Of a stretch of 64,000 nucleotides of DNA, positions 18,995 to 29,886 are shown in pieces. This stretch comes from a virus. The stretch lies in IMG/VR virus record IMGVR_UViG_3300011271_000003, positions 34,805-98,804 of that record. One strand, given 5' to 3'. Below the pieces are notes generated by a model that worked only from the letters and a program-made list of their open reading frames with translations, had not been told where the DNA came from and did not search any database. The position numbers and the translations under genes are program-made. Position 1 is the stretch's first letter, and every line of letters starts with the position of its first letter.

Positions 18995-20039
18995 CTATAG
19001 GTTCCCAGGCCATAGCCCTCTGCAGATCGGTAACTGGGTAGTCACCGCTGTCCATCCAAGCCAGGAGGTCCTCCCACCTGTACCCCTTCGGGCTCTTTGG
19101 TCCAGTGGTGTACCAGAGGCCGTTAACTCTGACAGCAGCATAGCTGTAGGTCGTGTCCTGAAGAGCAGCTAGGGTTGCAGCGAGAGGACTCTGCGGACTG
19201 CCCCAGGACTTGGTGAACCTGATTACCGTTCCATCTACGGAGTCTGGTCCGTAGCGCTTCTCTCGCTCCTTGTGCCTTGCCAGCACCTCGCCAGCCTGTG
19301 CGATGATTGCTTCGGCTGCCTCTTTCGACATCACCACTTCAAATTCTCCTTCTACTTCGGTTGGGCCTTGTATGTACGGTCTACAAGCGCCACAGTTGGC
19401 TTTGTGAAACTCCACGTCTGACGTAAGCGCGACTGACGCGACTGACGCGACTGACGCGAGGCCGTGCGGGAAGCACTTAACGCACAGACGTTCATCTGAC
19501 GGTGGCTGCGCGTACTGCTTGAGCCACTGCATGTAGATTCGGGTATTACAGGGAGGGATGGTGGAGGCACTGCCTACCAAGTAGGCCAAGTGCCACTTAG
19601 GTGAGACTTGGCTGCTGACTGGTGTCGACCTAACGTAGATCACTAGCGCCACCGGAAGTAGGCTGTAGCTGCTAGTACGGTCATTAGTGGTTCCCGTCGT
19701 GAGAGTGGTTTTCCTCTGCCTTTCGCCGAAGTGCGTCCCCTAGGTGGTCGATCTCGATTTTAAGGTAGAGAAGCTCATCCTCCAGGTTTGAAATACGCCT
19801 CTGAGTTTGTGGGTCGATATCGTGTGTGTGCTCTGGTGTTTCCATGCTGTCTCCTCACGCCTCCACGTCTCGTGTGCAAAACTCGATTGCTGACCGGAGT
19901 CCCTGCACCTCTGGCATCCGTACGATATGCGGCGACCCTTGTGCTAGGAGGTCTCCGTCTGTCTCTGCGAGATCGTCAATACAGAAACCAACGCAGACCT
20001 TCAGAACCTCGAAGTTCTCGTCTGTCAGAGTGATCTGCT

Positions 20040-20750
20040 TCATATTACGCCCTTTCGTACTCTCTGAATATGTTTGCAAGTAGGTGGGATGGCTCTGGTA
20101 TATTTATAGGCTAGACACGTGCATGACCAGAACTCGTCGTCGGTTCCCTTACCCCGCACCCGAATGGTGTACTTGCGCGTCGGATCGGTGTCTGATGGTA
20201 CCTGGAACTCTATCTGTTCGGTCTCCGTCGGCGGCTTGAGTACGTACTTCTGCCGGTCTACAGGCCTCAGCCAGGGAATACCTAGGAGGCTGTAGACGCC
20301 GATCTCTGTGCCGTTGTCTACCTGCTTTCCACTTTGGTCAAACAAGCCATACTGGCTCAGCACTAGTCCTTGCGTAGCCGCTAGGGCCCGCTGTTGAATG
20401 TTAAGTGCTTTGGGGCCGCACAGAAACATCGCGAAGGCGCCTCTTTGTTGTAGCGTGCAGCTCCAGAAGTCTACGTGGATTGAGTCTCCGTTTGCCGTCA
20501 GGTCTCCCTGTGCAATCTTTTCGCCACTACGCTGTGCGACGAAGCTACTAGGAAACTCAAAGTGCGCAAACGTTCCTGTTTCCGTTACAACCATTACGTC
20601 GAGATCGCCTACATCTGGTGCTTGTCGCCTCCAACTACCACCAAGCATCCAGATAGCGCCCTCTGGCATCTCAGCCCTCAGAGCCTCTACAAAAGGCCGT
20701 GTCTCCTCTCTTGTTCGTCTGATCTTACTACTTCTCCACGGCCTACTCAT
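20040..20750 (-). CDS. Minimal family-X DNA polymerase (palm+thumb) fused to a SWIM zinc finger
   Basis: GSWRR...GDLDVMV, VDF, GPKALNI..R..A...GLVLSQYGLF, E..VY.LLGIPW..P.DR; C-terminal WSCTCLAY...CKHI. Confidence 0.88.
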   Translation of the reverse strand: MSRPWRSSKIRRTREETRPFVEALRAEMPEGAIWMLGGSWRRQAPDVGDLDVMVVTETGTFAHFEFPSSFVAQRSGEKIAQGDLTANGDSIHVDFWSCTLQQRGAFAMFLCGPKALNIQQRALAATQGLVLSQYGLFDQSGKQVDNGTEIGVYSLLGIPWLRPVDRQKYVLKPPTETEQIEFQVPSDTDPTRKYTIRVRGKGTDDEFWSCTCLAYKYTRAIPPTCKHIQRVRKGVI

Positions 20751-21282
20751 CTATCTCTCCAGGGAAGTTGAGAGGACCTTTGTACTCAGGTCCAAAGGTC
20801 TCCATCGCCCACTTATCGTGGGCCCTTGCAGCATCCTCCTCGATTGCGTGGTTTCCTAGGAAGTAAGTGCGCCCTCCATGATAGCCCACTGCTCGCCATG
20901 ACTTGTGCTCCTTAGTGTGGCATACGCCCTTGTACCTCGACGCCTTGCTCGAGGTGGTTGTGCGTGTAACTGCCTGTATAGGCCTTCTGTTCTTCAACTG
21001 GTCTGCATAGGACGCGTACTCTACGTTTCCTCGTTCGTAGTTGCCCTCGTTGTCTGCTCTCTCAAACGTTAGACCTTCCGGCCTTGGTCCCAGCGTCGTG
21101 CTGATGTCAACGACGAACGTGTCGAAGTCGTGCCATTGGTCGCAGACTATAATTCCACGGCCGCCGTAGTTTTTGTACGCTGGGCACTTTGCATTATAGC
21201 ACCTGTACATCATACTGTACCACATACGGTAGTATGGGTTTGTGCTGTGCCGTTCGAAGTCAGAGTCGTAAAAGTTCTTCAT
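20743..21282 (-). CDS. HNH-like endonuclease with AP2 domain
   Basis: W.SMM.RC...YGGRGI.VC..W..F...RP.G.T.ER.DN.GNY...N, then SRYKGV...LG....EDAARAHD. Start at 21282 after GGAG. Confidence 0.85.
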   Translation of the reverse strand: MKNFYDSDFERHSTNPYYRMWYSMMYRCYNAKCPAYKNYGGRGIIVCDQWHDFDTFVVDISTTLGPRPEGLTFERADNEGNYERGNVEYASYADQLKNRRPIQAVTRTTTSSKASRYKGVCHTKEHKSWRAVGYHGGRTYFLGNHAIEEDAARAHDKWAMETFGPEYKGPLNFPGEIDE

Positions 21283-21301
21283 AAGTCTCCTCGCAGGTCC
21301 C

Positions 21302-22207
21302 TCACAGGTCGATTGGATCCCTCCAGCCAAGGAAGGACGGGTGACGTGGCACGCCGGTGCTTTCAAGCATACCGTGCGGGAGGTACCTGAACTTAACGAT
21401 CTTCCCGGGTAGCTTGTCGCGGTATACCCAAAGAGCTCTACGCTGGGCAAGGTCGAACCCCGTGCCGATCTTGAACCGGATGGTACTTACCCCGTCGCCT
21501 TCCATGAGGTTGACGACTAGTGCTCCCAGCACTCCTCCGGCGCGCTGTCCTGCCTGGTGGCTTGTGTGCTTCGTATGTCCCTGCACGTCCGTGAAGGCTT
21601 CATTCTCGTTACGCATCAATTCTTCGAAGCCGATTACGATTGCCTCAGCGTCGTCGTATCGCTTGAGCTTCAGAAGGTATCCCTCCTTAGCTGTCGAGCG
21701 TCCTTGCTTGTACTGCGCGGAGGGGCTCCGTACGATAATGCCCTCGTAACCCTCGCTGACGTACTTCTCTTCCCAGTGCTCGACCTCCTCCTGGTTCTGA
21801 CACAAAGTTTGCGGGAGAACCTCTACCCACGGAGGCAGCACTGCCTTAAGCTTCTGCAGTGTTTCGAGCCTCAGCGTGTAGGGCGACCTCTGGCTTCCTA
21901 GGTGGTCAAACACCAGGTATCGCAGGTTCGGCACCCCAGTCTGGCTCATGATCCCAGACATCGTTCTGTTGTACACCTCTGGAGCTGAAGGGGGCCCCAC
22001 CACGATCTCCCCGTCGAGAAGCTCCAGTACGTTTCCTGCCTCCTGTACGCAGAGCCTGAGATGTCTGTTCGGTAGCTCCTTCGCTGTTCTGGACATCGGT
22101 CGGCCATGCTCGATGACACACCTGATACCATCGATCTTCGGCGACACGAAGACAGGGTACACCAGCTTGCTGAAGTCTATTTTGCCTGACAGCATTGGCT
22201 TAATCAT
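21302..22207 (-). CDS. ATP-dependent DNA ligase (minimal phage type)
   Basis: KIDGIR, LDGEI, VFD, EGIIVR, LKLK, IGTGF and PRHP motifs. Confidence 0.95.
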   Translation of the reverse strand: MIKPMLSGKIDFSKLVYPVFVSPKIDGIRCVIEHGRPMSRTAKELPNRHLRLCVQEAGNVLELLDGEIVVGPPSAPEVYNRTMSGIMSQTGVPNLRYLVFDHLGSQRSPYTLRLETLQKLKAVLPPWVEVLPQTLCQNQEEVEHWEEKYVSEGYEGIIVRSPSAQYKQGRSTAKEGYLLKLKRYDDAEAIVIGFEELMRNENEAFTDVQGHTKHTSHQAGQRAGGVLGALVVNLMEGDGVSTIRFKIGTGFDLAQRRALWVYRDKLPGKIVKFRYLPHGMLESTGVPRHPSFLGWRDPIDL

Positions 22208-22554
22208 CAGTATTCACCCCAGATTCGGATATCTAGATGGAGTACGCCGTTGTTCTTGAGGACGACGCCTATGCGAAACTCGCCTCCGTGTACCGTAGCT
22301 GGGTACGGTGTGCTCATGTACGCCTTGTGGCCGTACGAGTCCCTCGACTCCTCCCAGCCGAGCTTGAGAAGCTTCTGAATGATCTTTTCGGGAGTCTCCT
22401 CGGCCGTGGCATCGTCGTACGCTGGCGCGCTGCGCACTCCACCGTCGGAGTCGCTCCCGGTTAGAACACCGAGCACGTCGGACAGGAAGTCTAGGACTTC
22501 CTGGTTTAGCACGAGGTCTGCGCCCTTGAAGGGCTTCAAGCTGTCGTCGCTCAT
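22207..22554 (-). CDS. Hypothetical protein, possible PC4-like ssDNA-binding fragment
   Basis: C-terminal FRIGV..NNGVLHLDIRIW resembles PC4-family strands. Confidence 0.4.
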   Translation of the reverse strand: MSDDSLKPFKGADLVLNQEVLDFLSDVLGVLTGSDSDGGVRSAPAYDDATAEETPEKIIQKLLKLGWEESRDSYGHKAYMSTPYPATVHGGEFRIGVVLKNNGVLHLDIRIWGEY

Positions 22555-23384
22555 CAGGTTCTACCTCTCTCTGAACGAGCGTTTTGGAAGAGTCCGTTTG
22601 CCGGCTCTTGAAACGGTACGTCGAATCCCGCCTCTCGAAATGAGGCTTGCTGAACTTTGGCCTCGTCCTGCCTGATCACTGTCTCCCAGCAGTAGTCGCA
22701 TGCGCCCCCACGACGTCTACGGTTGGAGTGATCGCGTGCGTCGCACATAGTTTTCGCCTTGCGCGATAGAAAGTGCTTCTCAGTGAAGTGGTCCGGCTCC
22801 CACCCCACGTCGGAGGGCTTGTAGCCCGACTGCACTCGTACTCTCGCTCGCTTCTTACGAACTGCCTGGCGTGCTCTCTCGACGGAGACCTGCCCTTTCC
22901 TGACTCGGTCTTGAGTTGCCTCGTTCAGCTCGAGGAGTGCGAGGGAGTTGCTCACCGTCGACTCAGATACGCCTACCGTCTTCGCTATAACCTTGAGCGA
23001 CATGCGCATCTCTGTGCGAAGTCTGCCGTAGGCTTTGGCTCTCTCGATCGGGTTCAGATCAGCCCGGTGAATACTCGTGACCAAGCCAATGACGAGAACG
23101 CGCTTAACTGAGTCCTCAGTTAGTCCTAGGAGGTAGACCCTGCACGGCACCTCTGACTGAGAGAGCTTTGCTGCTGTCCACCGTCGTAGTCCGTCCTCGA
23201 TAACGTAGTGGCCATCGCCTCGAGTAGAAGACGGTCGAACACTCAGCGCCTGAAGGATTCCCACCTCCCGGATCGAGGCAGCTAGCTCGGTGACGTCCCC
23301 CGCCTCAAACCGCGGATTGTCCGAGTTGGGGTGTAGGTTCTCTATCGGAACCATAATCTCGCCCTCGATGTAGCCTGATGTCAT
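22554..23384 (-). CDS. ParB/Spo0J-like protein
   Basis: LHPNSDNPR, LAASIREVGILQAL, DGLRRW.AA, DLNPIERA, HTH LKVIAKTVGVSESTVSNSLALL. Start at MTSGY. Confidence 0.9.
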   Translation of the reverse strand: MTSGYIEGEIMVPIENLHPNSDNPRFEAGDVTELAASIREVGILQALSVRPSSTRGDGHYVIEDGLRRWTAAKLSQSEVPCRVYLLGLTEDSVKRVLVIGLVTSIHRADLNPIERAKAYGRLRTEMRMSLKVIAKTVGVSESTVSNSLALLELNEATQDRVRKGQVSVERARQAVRKKRARVRVQSGYKPSDVGWEPDHFTEKHFLSRKAKTMCDARDHSNRRRRGGACDYCWETVIRQDEAKVQQASFREAGFDVPFQEPANGLFQNARSERGRT

Positions 23385-23864
23385 TAGCCTGACTCCTTTC
23401 TGTTCTGGATGAACCTGGTGAACATGTCCAACGCCTCGATTGCATCCTCCTCCCCCGAGTATTGCTGTCCCTTCCAGATAGGCGCATCGCTCCACTTCCA
23501 GGGCATCTCTGCGATACCTGCAGATGCTAGCGACTCCACTATCTGGAGTGCTTTAAGCTCATCCACTCTGATGGTCTCCCTTGTCGGTAATGCTAAACGT
23601 TGGTCCGAGCCAGCCGTCGGCGTAGTTCACGTAGAACCTGGAAGTCCTAGCCTCGGCGTCACTCTCTACGTCGCCCACTTCTGGTCCGTTACTAAGCGTG
23701 AGCGCCTGCCATGCAACAAGGCGTAGGTCATTCCGATCGTATCCATACAGTATGTCGAGCACGTCCTGCAATGTAGCTGCCCGAGCATCCTGATACTCCT
23801 CGTTCTCACATCGGTCATCAGGCAATGTTCGACCTCCTCGACGCTAGTTTTATCTGCTACTTAT

Positions 23865-23897
23865 ATTATATCTGGGGTCTAGAGGAAATTGCAAGGG
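23865..23897 (-). promoter_or_regulatory. sigma70-type promoter
   Basis: CCC-TTGCAA-N18-TATAAT with A/T-rich UP region. Confidence 0.8.
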
Positions 23898-25000
23898 ATA
23901 ATGAAAAGATTTTAAAGGACCTTTGGCACCTCCTACTCTGACAGCCAGACTCGGAAATCAGGCGTAAGCACCCGATCTAGGTTCGGCGCTAGGCTTCGTA
24001 GCCCTGAAGGCACACGGGCTCCACTGAGTAGGATCAGCGCATCACCCTGACTATAGCCTTGGTCTAGGAGCAGCTCGTGAATTTCAGCTACAATCTGCTC
24101 CTCAGGCGTATAGGCCCAACTCCGGTCACTAATGCGAGGCATGTTCCCTCCCTATCTTAAATGGCATGTCGTCTAAAGCGGGAAGGTCCATGCGTCCTCC
24201 GCCCTGTGGACTTGCAGTCCAACGCGAGTCCGGAACCTGACACGAGATCCACAGGGCGTTGTTTGGCAGCCTCGATTCGCGCTTTCTGAACCGCGGGGTG
24301 GATCGACGTTGCTACTAGAGCTCTGGTCTTGATAGCATCGAAGGTGTCATTGTGGAAGTAGACTCTACCATCTGTCTCGAGTAGCAAAACGGGATCTCCG
24401 TCCTCGCAGTACCAGCTTCCGTCGTAGTGCTTGGTCATAACGTATCGCATTTCTCCTCCAGAATTACGATCCATGATGCGAGGCAGGCCTCGTCGATCTT
24501 GTCGGAGGCGTCTACTAGCTTGGCTATTCTGTCTCGGTATGGCAGGAGCCAGTTTTCTGGGTTCGATGCAGCGCCTGAAGCTACATACAGTACGGCATCT
24601 TCCCCGGCTTCTTCTGCTCTCTGTGTGGCGTCATGCCTTGCCAGCCACTCCAGTTGGCTTATTGCCACTCGATGTGTCCGTTTTTCGTCTTGTGCCCTTG
24701 AGCACAACCACTGAAGCTGATCTAGTACGCCATCCGAGTCTTCATCAGGGTGGAAGAGTACGTCGCACGAATGGTACACACAGCGAATACGCACTTGTGC
24801 CTGACCGTACGGCACTTCGAACGTCATTCGACGCCCTTGTTGTCATAGTAGCCGTCGACTTCTTCACACGTTGCTGCGTGTGAGAAGCCGTGTGCGTCAC
24901 AGTAGAGGTCCTCTGCACTAGCTGGTTGATCCCACCCAAGTGGCTCATTCGCCTCATTGTAGTACACTTCTGAGCCTGCTGGTGGAAACATACTGCCTCC

Positions 25001-25345
25001 TTATCTGTTGATGCAGTGCTGAGGGAGCGTCACCGGCGTTTGACTGGGTGTCGCACTGATAGTAGTTCCGTCGTTGTTCAGAGAGACGCTATACAGGATC
25101 TGTAGGCCGAGGTTCTGAAGGTCCTGGCAGGTAATCAGGTCTGCTGCTGCCCCGCTGCTCTTACCTTTGAGCAGGCCAACGTCTGCTCGCAGTACTGTAA
25201 CCTGACTAGTGAGGTCGTGGTTCTGTCTTGTCAGCCGATTTACGCTATCGTTTGCGTGGTCGCTGTTGATCGCGAGGACAACAACTGCGCTTGAGAGCAG
25301 TCCTCCAACAAGAACGATGCCAAGGTCTTGCCAATTGCCTCTCAC
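25001..25345 (-). CDS. Single-TM membrane protein with coiled coil
   Basis: LGIVLVGGLLSSAVVVLAI, then a heptad segment and two Cys. Confidence 0.6.
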   Translation of the reverse strand: MRGNWQDLGIVLVGGLLSSAVVVLAINSDHANDSVNRLTRQNHDLTSQVTVLRADVGLLKGKSSGAAADLITCQDLQNLGLQILYSVSLNNDGTTISATPSQTPVTLPQHCINR

Positions 25346-25551
25346 GGCTGCAGGTCCTGATAAGGATGTTTGTCCTCGTCTGCTTTGTCCATCTTGTCGA
25401 GCAGGTCGACAATCGCCTGGTCGATGATTACGCCTACTGACGTGTCGTCCATGATAGCGCGTATCTTCAGACGCTTCTTGGTCGCAACCGTTACTCGCAC
25501 CCCGTTCAGGTAGACTAGGGGTGCGTGCTCTGCTTCTTTTTCTTCGGCCAT
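25342..25551 (-). CDS. Ribbon-helix-helix DNA-binding protein
   Basis: GVRVTVATKKRLKIRAIMDDTSVGVIIDQAIVDLL. Confidence 0.7.
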   Translation of the reverse strand: MAEEKEAEHAPLVYLNGVRVTVATKKRLKIRAIMDDTSVGVIIDQAIVDLLDKMDKADEDKHPYQDLQP

Positions 25552-25613
25552 TTGCCTTCTCCCTTCCGCCCCGCTGCCAGGCTTCTGAGACTGGCAGGGA
25601 GGCGCAGCGGAGA

Positions 25614-25829
25614 CTAGCTTGCCTGGGCTTCTGCTTCTACTTCTGCTTCTACTTCCATCTCAGCTTCGGCTCTGATGCCCCGCTTGATAAGTGCTATGCC
25701 AAGCATGAATGCTTGTGTCTGGAGAGTGCTCATGCTGATGCCTCTCTGCGCAGCGAGGATCTTGGCCTCTCTCCGTAGGCTCTCGGGCACGACCGTGTTC
25801 ATCTGGACGGTCTTCTCATCGGTTGCCAT
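25614..25829 (-). CDS. Ribbon-helix-helix DNA-binding protein
   Basis: VQMNTVVPESLRREAKILAAQRGISMSTL; acidic EVEA repeat tail. Confidence 0.75.
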   Translation of the reverse strand: MATDEKTVQMNTVVPESLRREAKILAAQRGISMSTLQTQAFMLGIALIKRGIRAEAEMEVEAEVEAEAQAS

Positions 25830-27864
25830 CGTTCACCTCCTCTACTGTAGGCACTATTAGCTCCTAAAGGGAGGAGGTAGCGACGTGCCATCCATACGTA
25901 CTAGGCGGTCTATCGCGGCTTGTTTCATGTCTAGATCGTGTCCCGTTCTAGGGTTCATGTCCGTTACGGTTTGTCTGATCCAACCTAGGATGCAGTCTGG
26001 ACATGTTGGACATGTTGGGTCAGTGCAGTAGTCGTGCTTGTTCTCTTCAGGCGTCATTTGCCAGTCCCTCCAGGTTGTCTGGTGCCTTGTACCGTGGGTC
26101 AGGTATGAACTGGTCCCCGAGCTTCTTGCCGACTGACATTAGTATGTCTGCCATCTTGGCGAAGTCCCGAGCTGAGTCAAGAGTCGCTAGGCTATCCGCT
26201 AGTACGTCTGACTGTGCCATGAGGTCGTCGATCATCCTCTGTACAGCCTGGACGAGTGCTGAGTATTCAGTAGGGGTAAAAAGCTCAACGTTCGTCCTTC
26301 GTGTGAGGTGGCGACTTCCCAGGTCGGTCAGGTAAGCCTTAAGCTGCTTCGCGTACATAGCGTCGTCTGTAGGATCGTCGACGCGGATGATAAGATGGAA
26401 TTCGGGCACTGTGCTAGCTCCAGAATATTCGAGGTGGCGCGATACCTAGGTGGTCCATCTGAATTTCGGTGTTGCCCAGGCAACGTACTTCGTAGGCGAT
26501 CGAGCTTCCGTCTGCTGCTTGCCAAAGGTAGCCTGGCACGACCTGTGCGAGTTCACCCTTGTCAAAAGCAAGACACCACTCGTCGGAATCGCAGTGTCCT
26601 GGCTGTCTATAGCCTGAGTCGCGACGGGCTGCTTCTGCTAGGACGAACGCTGCCTCTGCATCATTGGCCTCGACAATTTGGTGCCAAGCGATTGTTTCGC
26701 TGTCACCGTAGGGCGCCATTGTATGTTCTTCGATAAGCCAGAACTGACTCACTTGCTTCCTTCCGGAAGGATTGGTTCGTACTCTCTCAGCTCAAGTCCT
26801 AGAATCTGATGCCAAGGAATGAGGTGCTTGCCCTTACTGCTCTTTTCCTGCCACCAAAGGCCGTAGGGCAAATATTTCCACCTGTACTTCCTTGTAGACA
26901 GGAGGAAGTCGAGCGTGCCTCCGTCCATGAACTTGATAGTTAGTACTGACTCCTTCGGTTGCACTGTCAACTTCGCACCTTTCTTAGGCTGGGTTGCGGT
27001 GCTTCGACGTGTAGTTGCTACACGACATTTCTGCGCAGCGGCCCGTGTCGTAATACTCCTCGTGCTCGCATGGCCTATCAGGCCTAGAGTTGTTGTACTT
27101 GGTTACTGCCCTGGTCGCGATCTGTCGGAAGCTCTCCTTGACTGCGTCACGGAGATCGTCCCACTCCACCACGAAGGAAACCTGGGCTGGGAAAATCTCC
27201 CGGAAGGCCTCGTAGACTTCGTGGCCGGCTTCTTCTGTACGGTCTTTCTCGATCATGACTTCTCCGCAATTATGCCTAGGATAGCTAGCGGTACTAGAAC
27301 CGTTGCCCAGTTCCATTGTGAGCAGAGCCAGTAGAAGAGGGAGAATGTGTAGACGTGTGTCATGCCTTGCCCCATTTTGCCGTAGATGCAGTGTTTTCGA
27401 GGTAGACGCCGAAGTCTCCTAGAATCAGCGATAGGTTTTGGACGTCCTCTTCCCAGTGGTCTGTCTGTTCTGGCCCCTCGGAGATGTACTCCTCAAGTGC
27501 CTCTGCTACGGCGCCCTTAAGCTTAGTTATGGCCCAGCCAACATGTGGCGGTACTTCTCCTGTTGTCATATAACTACCCTTCTTGCTGCCCAGTGATTCT
27601 GACAGTCGTTGCTCTCTACGTAGAACGGACACTCCATGTAGCTCAGGTCGATCGCGAAGGTATCGTCTTCCTGGTCAAAGAAGATTGGCTCCCCTCCCAA
27701 GTTCCGCTCATGCCTGAAGCACCAGAATGCGAATACCCACCTGGTCCTAGACAAGTACTTGCGTCTGTCATACTTTGACCGAGCGTTTTTACATTGTTCG
27801 TCGATAGGTTCTCCTCGACGCTTGTGGGCCATGTATGCGGCTAGTGAGCCGCAGTCGTGCTGCT

Positions 27865-28137
27865 TCAGAGCGGACACTGGTCACTAAGCCTCCCATACAT
27901 GTATTGGGCAGTTCGCCAGCTGCTTCCATATGTTCGCTTCAACATGCGCGGAACGTGGTAGGTGTGCATCAGGTTGCCTCGTGCAGTATGGCAGGGATCT
28001 CCAGGCTGTGCACAGCAGTACTCACAATCGACTGCGCGTAGTTCCCTGTTGTGCTCCAGCTCGGACTGGAGTCTTTCCATTGCCACTGCGGTCATAGCCA
28101 TTTTCTGGCCAAGCGTCATCTCAATGTTCGGCTCCAC
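27865..28137 (-). CDS. Phage CxxC-PG-C-H zinc-finger protein
   Basis: VDCEYCCAQPGDPCHTARG....YHVPR. Confidence 0.7.
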   Translation of the reverse strand: MEPNIEMTLGQKMAMTAVAMERLQSELEHNRELRAVDCEYCCAQPGDPCHTARGNLMHTYHVPRMLKRTYGSSWRTAQYMYGRLSDQCPL

Positions 28138-28471
28138 TGCTACCCCCTTACCAATCGTGTAGGCACAGTCCGCAGAACGGAACGTCCACTATCTGCGTCG
28201 CACGGGGTTGTTCGGCGGTCTTGACGACCTCGATGAACTGCTTCTGGGTTGCGTCGAATGTTAGCAGTGCGTTGAACGCGTCTATGACTTCCTGCATCGT
28301 CTGGTAGACATGCTTGCACTCAAAGCACTGGTGGTACGCACCCGTCAGGAGTTCGTGGGTGTGGTGGATGTAGCAGTAGTTCACGTTCCACGTGCACCCA
28401 CCCGTAGGGCACACCCTGCCGAACTGGTGGACGTGTACGGGTTCTACGTACTCGTAGTTCTCCATATAGTT

Positions 28472-28561
28472 CCTCCTTTCAAAGCCCGGCTCAGGCCTTC
28501 CACGGTGGCGATCGTGTGGGTTGGCCACGCCTCCATACCTGAGCCGGACGTTCAACGGAGG
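28472..28561 (-). promoter_or_regulatory. Long intergenic RNA stem with G.G motif, sequestering the SD of gene 28148-28465
   Basis: CCTCC-G-TTGAA-CGT-CCGGCTCAGG...CCTGAGCCGG-GCT-TTGAA-AGGAGG-AACTAT-ATG. Confidence 0.7.
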
Positions 28562-29243
28562 TTACTCCTCGTAGAGGCCGCCTGCGTAAGGTGCATCTGG
28601 TGGGTCCTTGGGTGTTGGAACGTTCCACTGCTCGTTGAAGGCGTCGGTGAGACCTTTGATGACATCCTGCAGGTCGCCAGGATCGAGGTACTTGAGTACG
28701 TCGACGATTTGCTGCGGCGACATTGCGAGATAGGCTACAGCCTCTGAGCCGTCGTCTCGCACTGTTACGATCTGCGTGACAGCGTCGATCGCTGCTGGTG
28801 TCTGCTCGGTCACCTGTACCTCCAGTTCTGCTCGAGATTCGTGTACAGTTCTCGGTCTGACTTGCTTACTGCGTTGCTGGACACTAGGTCAAGCAGCCTT
28901 AGGTACTGGTCGACTGTTACGTACGGAAGCCTAATGTTGTGTCCACCAGGTTCTGGCCGTTGCGCCTCCTCCCGGCTTGGCGTTGGTGCCGCCACATCAT
29001 AGTCCTTCTCAGCCTGACATAGGCTGCACGTATCATGACGGACGTTGTCGTGCATCTTATGTAGTTCGATAGGAGTAATATGGTCCACTTCCCTTTTTGG
29101 TGTCATGTCAGCTCACAACCAGTGTAGGAATTCGCTCGTGTATCCCAGCGTGACACAGAGGAAGAATAGTCCAGGGCATATCCAGCGGTTACGCGGTGCT
29201 CTGATGCCTCTGAAGGCACCGAAAATACCAAAGAATTCGAACA

Positions 29244-29816
29244 TTAGGTTTTCTCCTTTTCTTGTACGAAGTGAGCAGCTAGTGCCTTGTAGTCCTGGCG
29301 AGGCCTTCCCGCCCTCTGCCGAACAAACTGTACTGTCTCCTCAAGGAGGACGCAGTAAGCTATTTCGAATGTCGCTACTAGGTCCTTAACGCGCTCGTGG
29401 GCGTCGTACCCTAGGTCGAACCACTCGCCCTCTTGTCTTTCACGCTGGAGTATCCGATGAAGAAACCGCTCCATCTTTCTTCCGCCACGAAAGGCGTCTA
29501 CAAGGTGCAAGTCAGGACAGCCTACTCGCAGTTGGCTTATTCTGCTGTTAACGCTACTAGACGTAAAGCCTATCTTGTATAGGCCCTGGCGCTCACTGTG
29601 GGCTAGGTAGACGCACCCGCTAGTAGCTTTGATCCAGAGCTCTGCTCTGCGTTTCTGTTCGAGCTCCGAAATTGGTACTACGAAGTCCTCCACCTCGTCT
29701 GTCGCGGTAACTTCTCCGCGCTTCGGAAGCGGTCCCTTAGTCGCCTCTAGTCTGGCTAGAATGGCGGCTCGGCTTTCTCGAATTTCTCGAATTTCTCGAA
29801 TTTCTTCACCATTCAT
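29244..29816 (-). CDS. GIY-YIG nuclease (T5orf172/MUG113-like)
   Basis: VYLA...LYKIGFT....RI.QL.VGCP...ERFLH....EGEWF; a 9-bp tandem repeat encodes EIR x3. Confidence 0.85.
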   Translation of the reverse strand: MNGEEIREIREIRESRAAILARLEATKGPLPKRGEVTATDEVEDFVVPISELEQKRRAELWIKATSGCVYLAHSERQGLYKIGFTSSSVNSRISQLRVGCPDLHLVDAFRGGRKMERFLHRILQRERQEGEWFDLGYDAHERVKDLVATFEIAYCVLLEETVQFVRQRAGRPRQDYKALAAHFVQEKEKT

Positions 29817-29886
29817 TTCCTTGCCACCCTCCTTTAAACCTGTTAGCATTTAAAATTGTTGATGAAAAATCTTTGAGGTGCTCCCG

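Noticed and set aside
19427-19460. 9-bp tandem repeat (ASV x3); also EIR x3 at ~29773 and EVEA repeats at ~25630
   Set aside because: In-frame slippage microsatellites; not an array or phase-variation signal.
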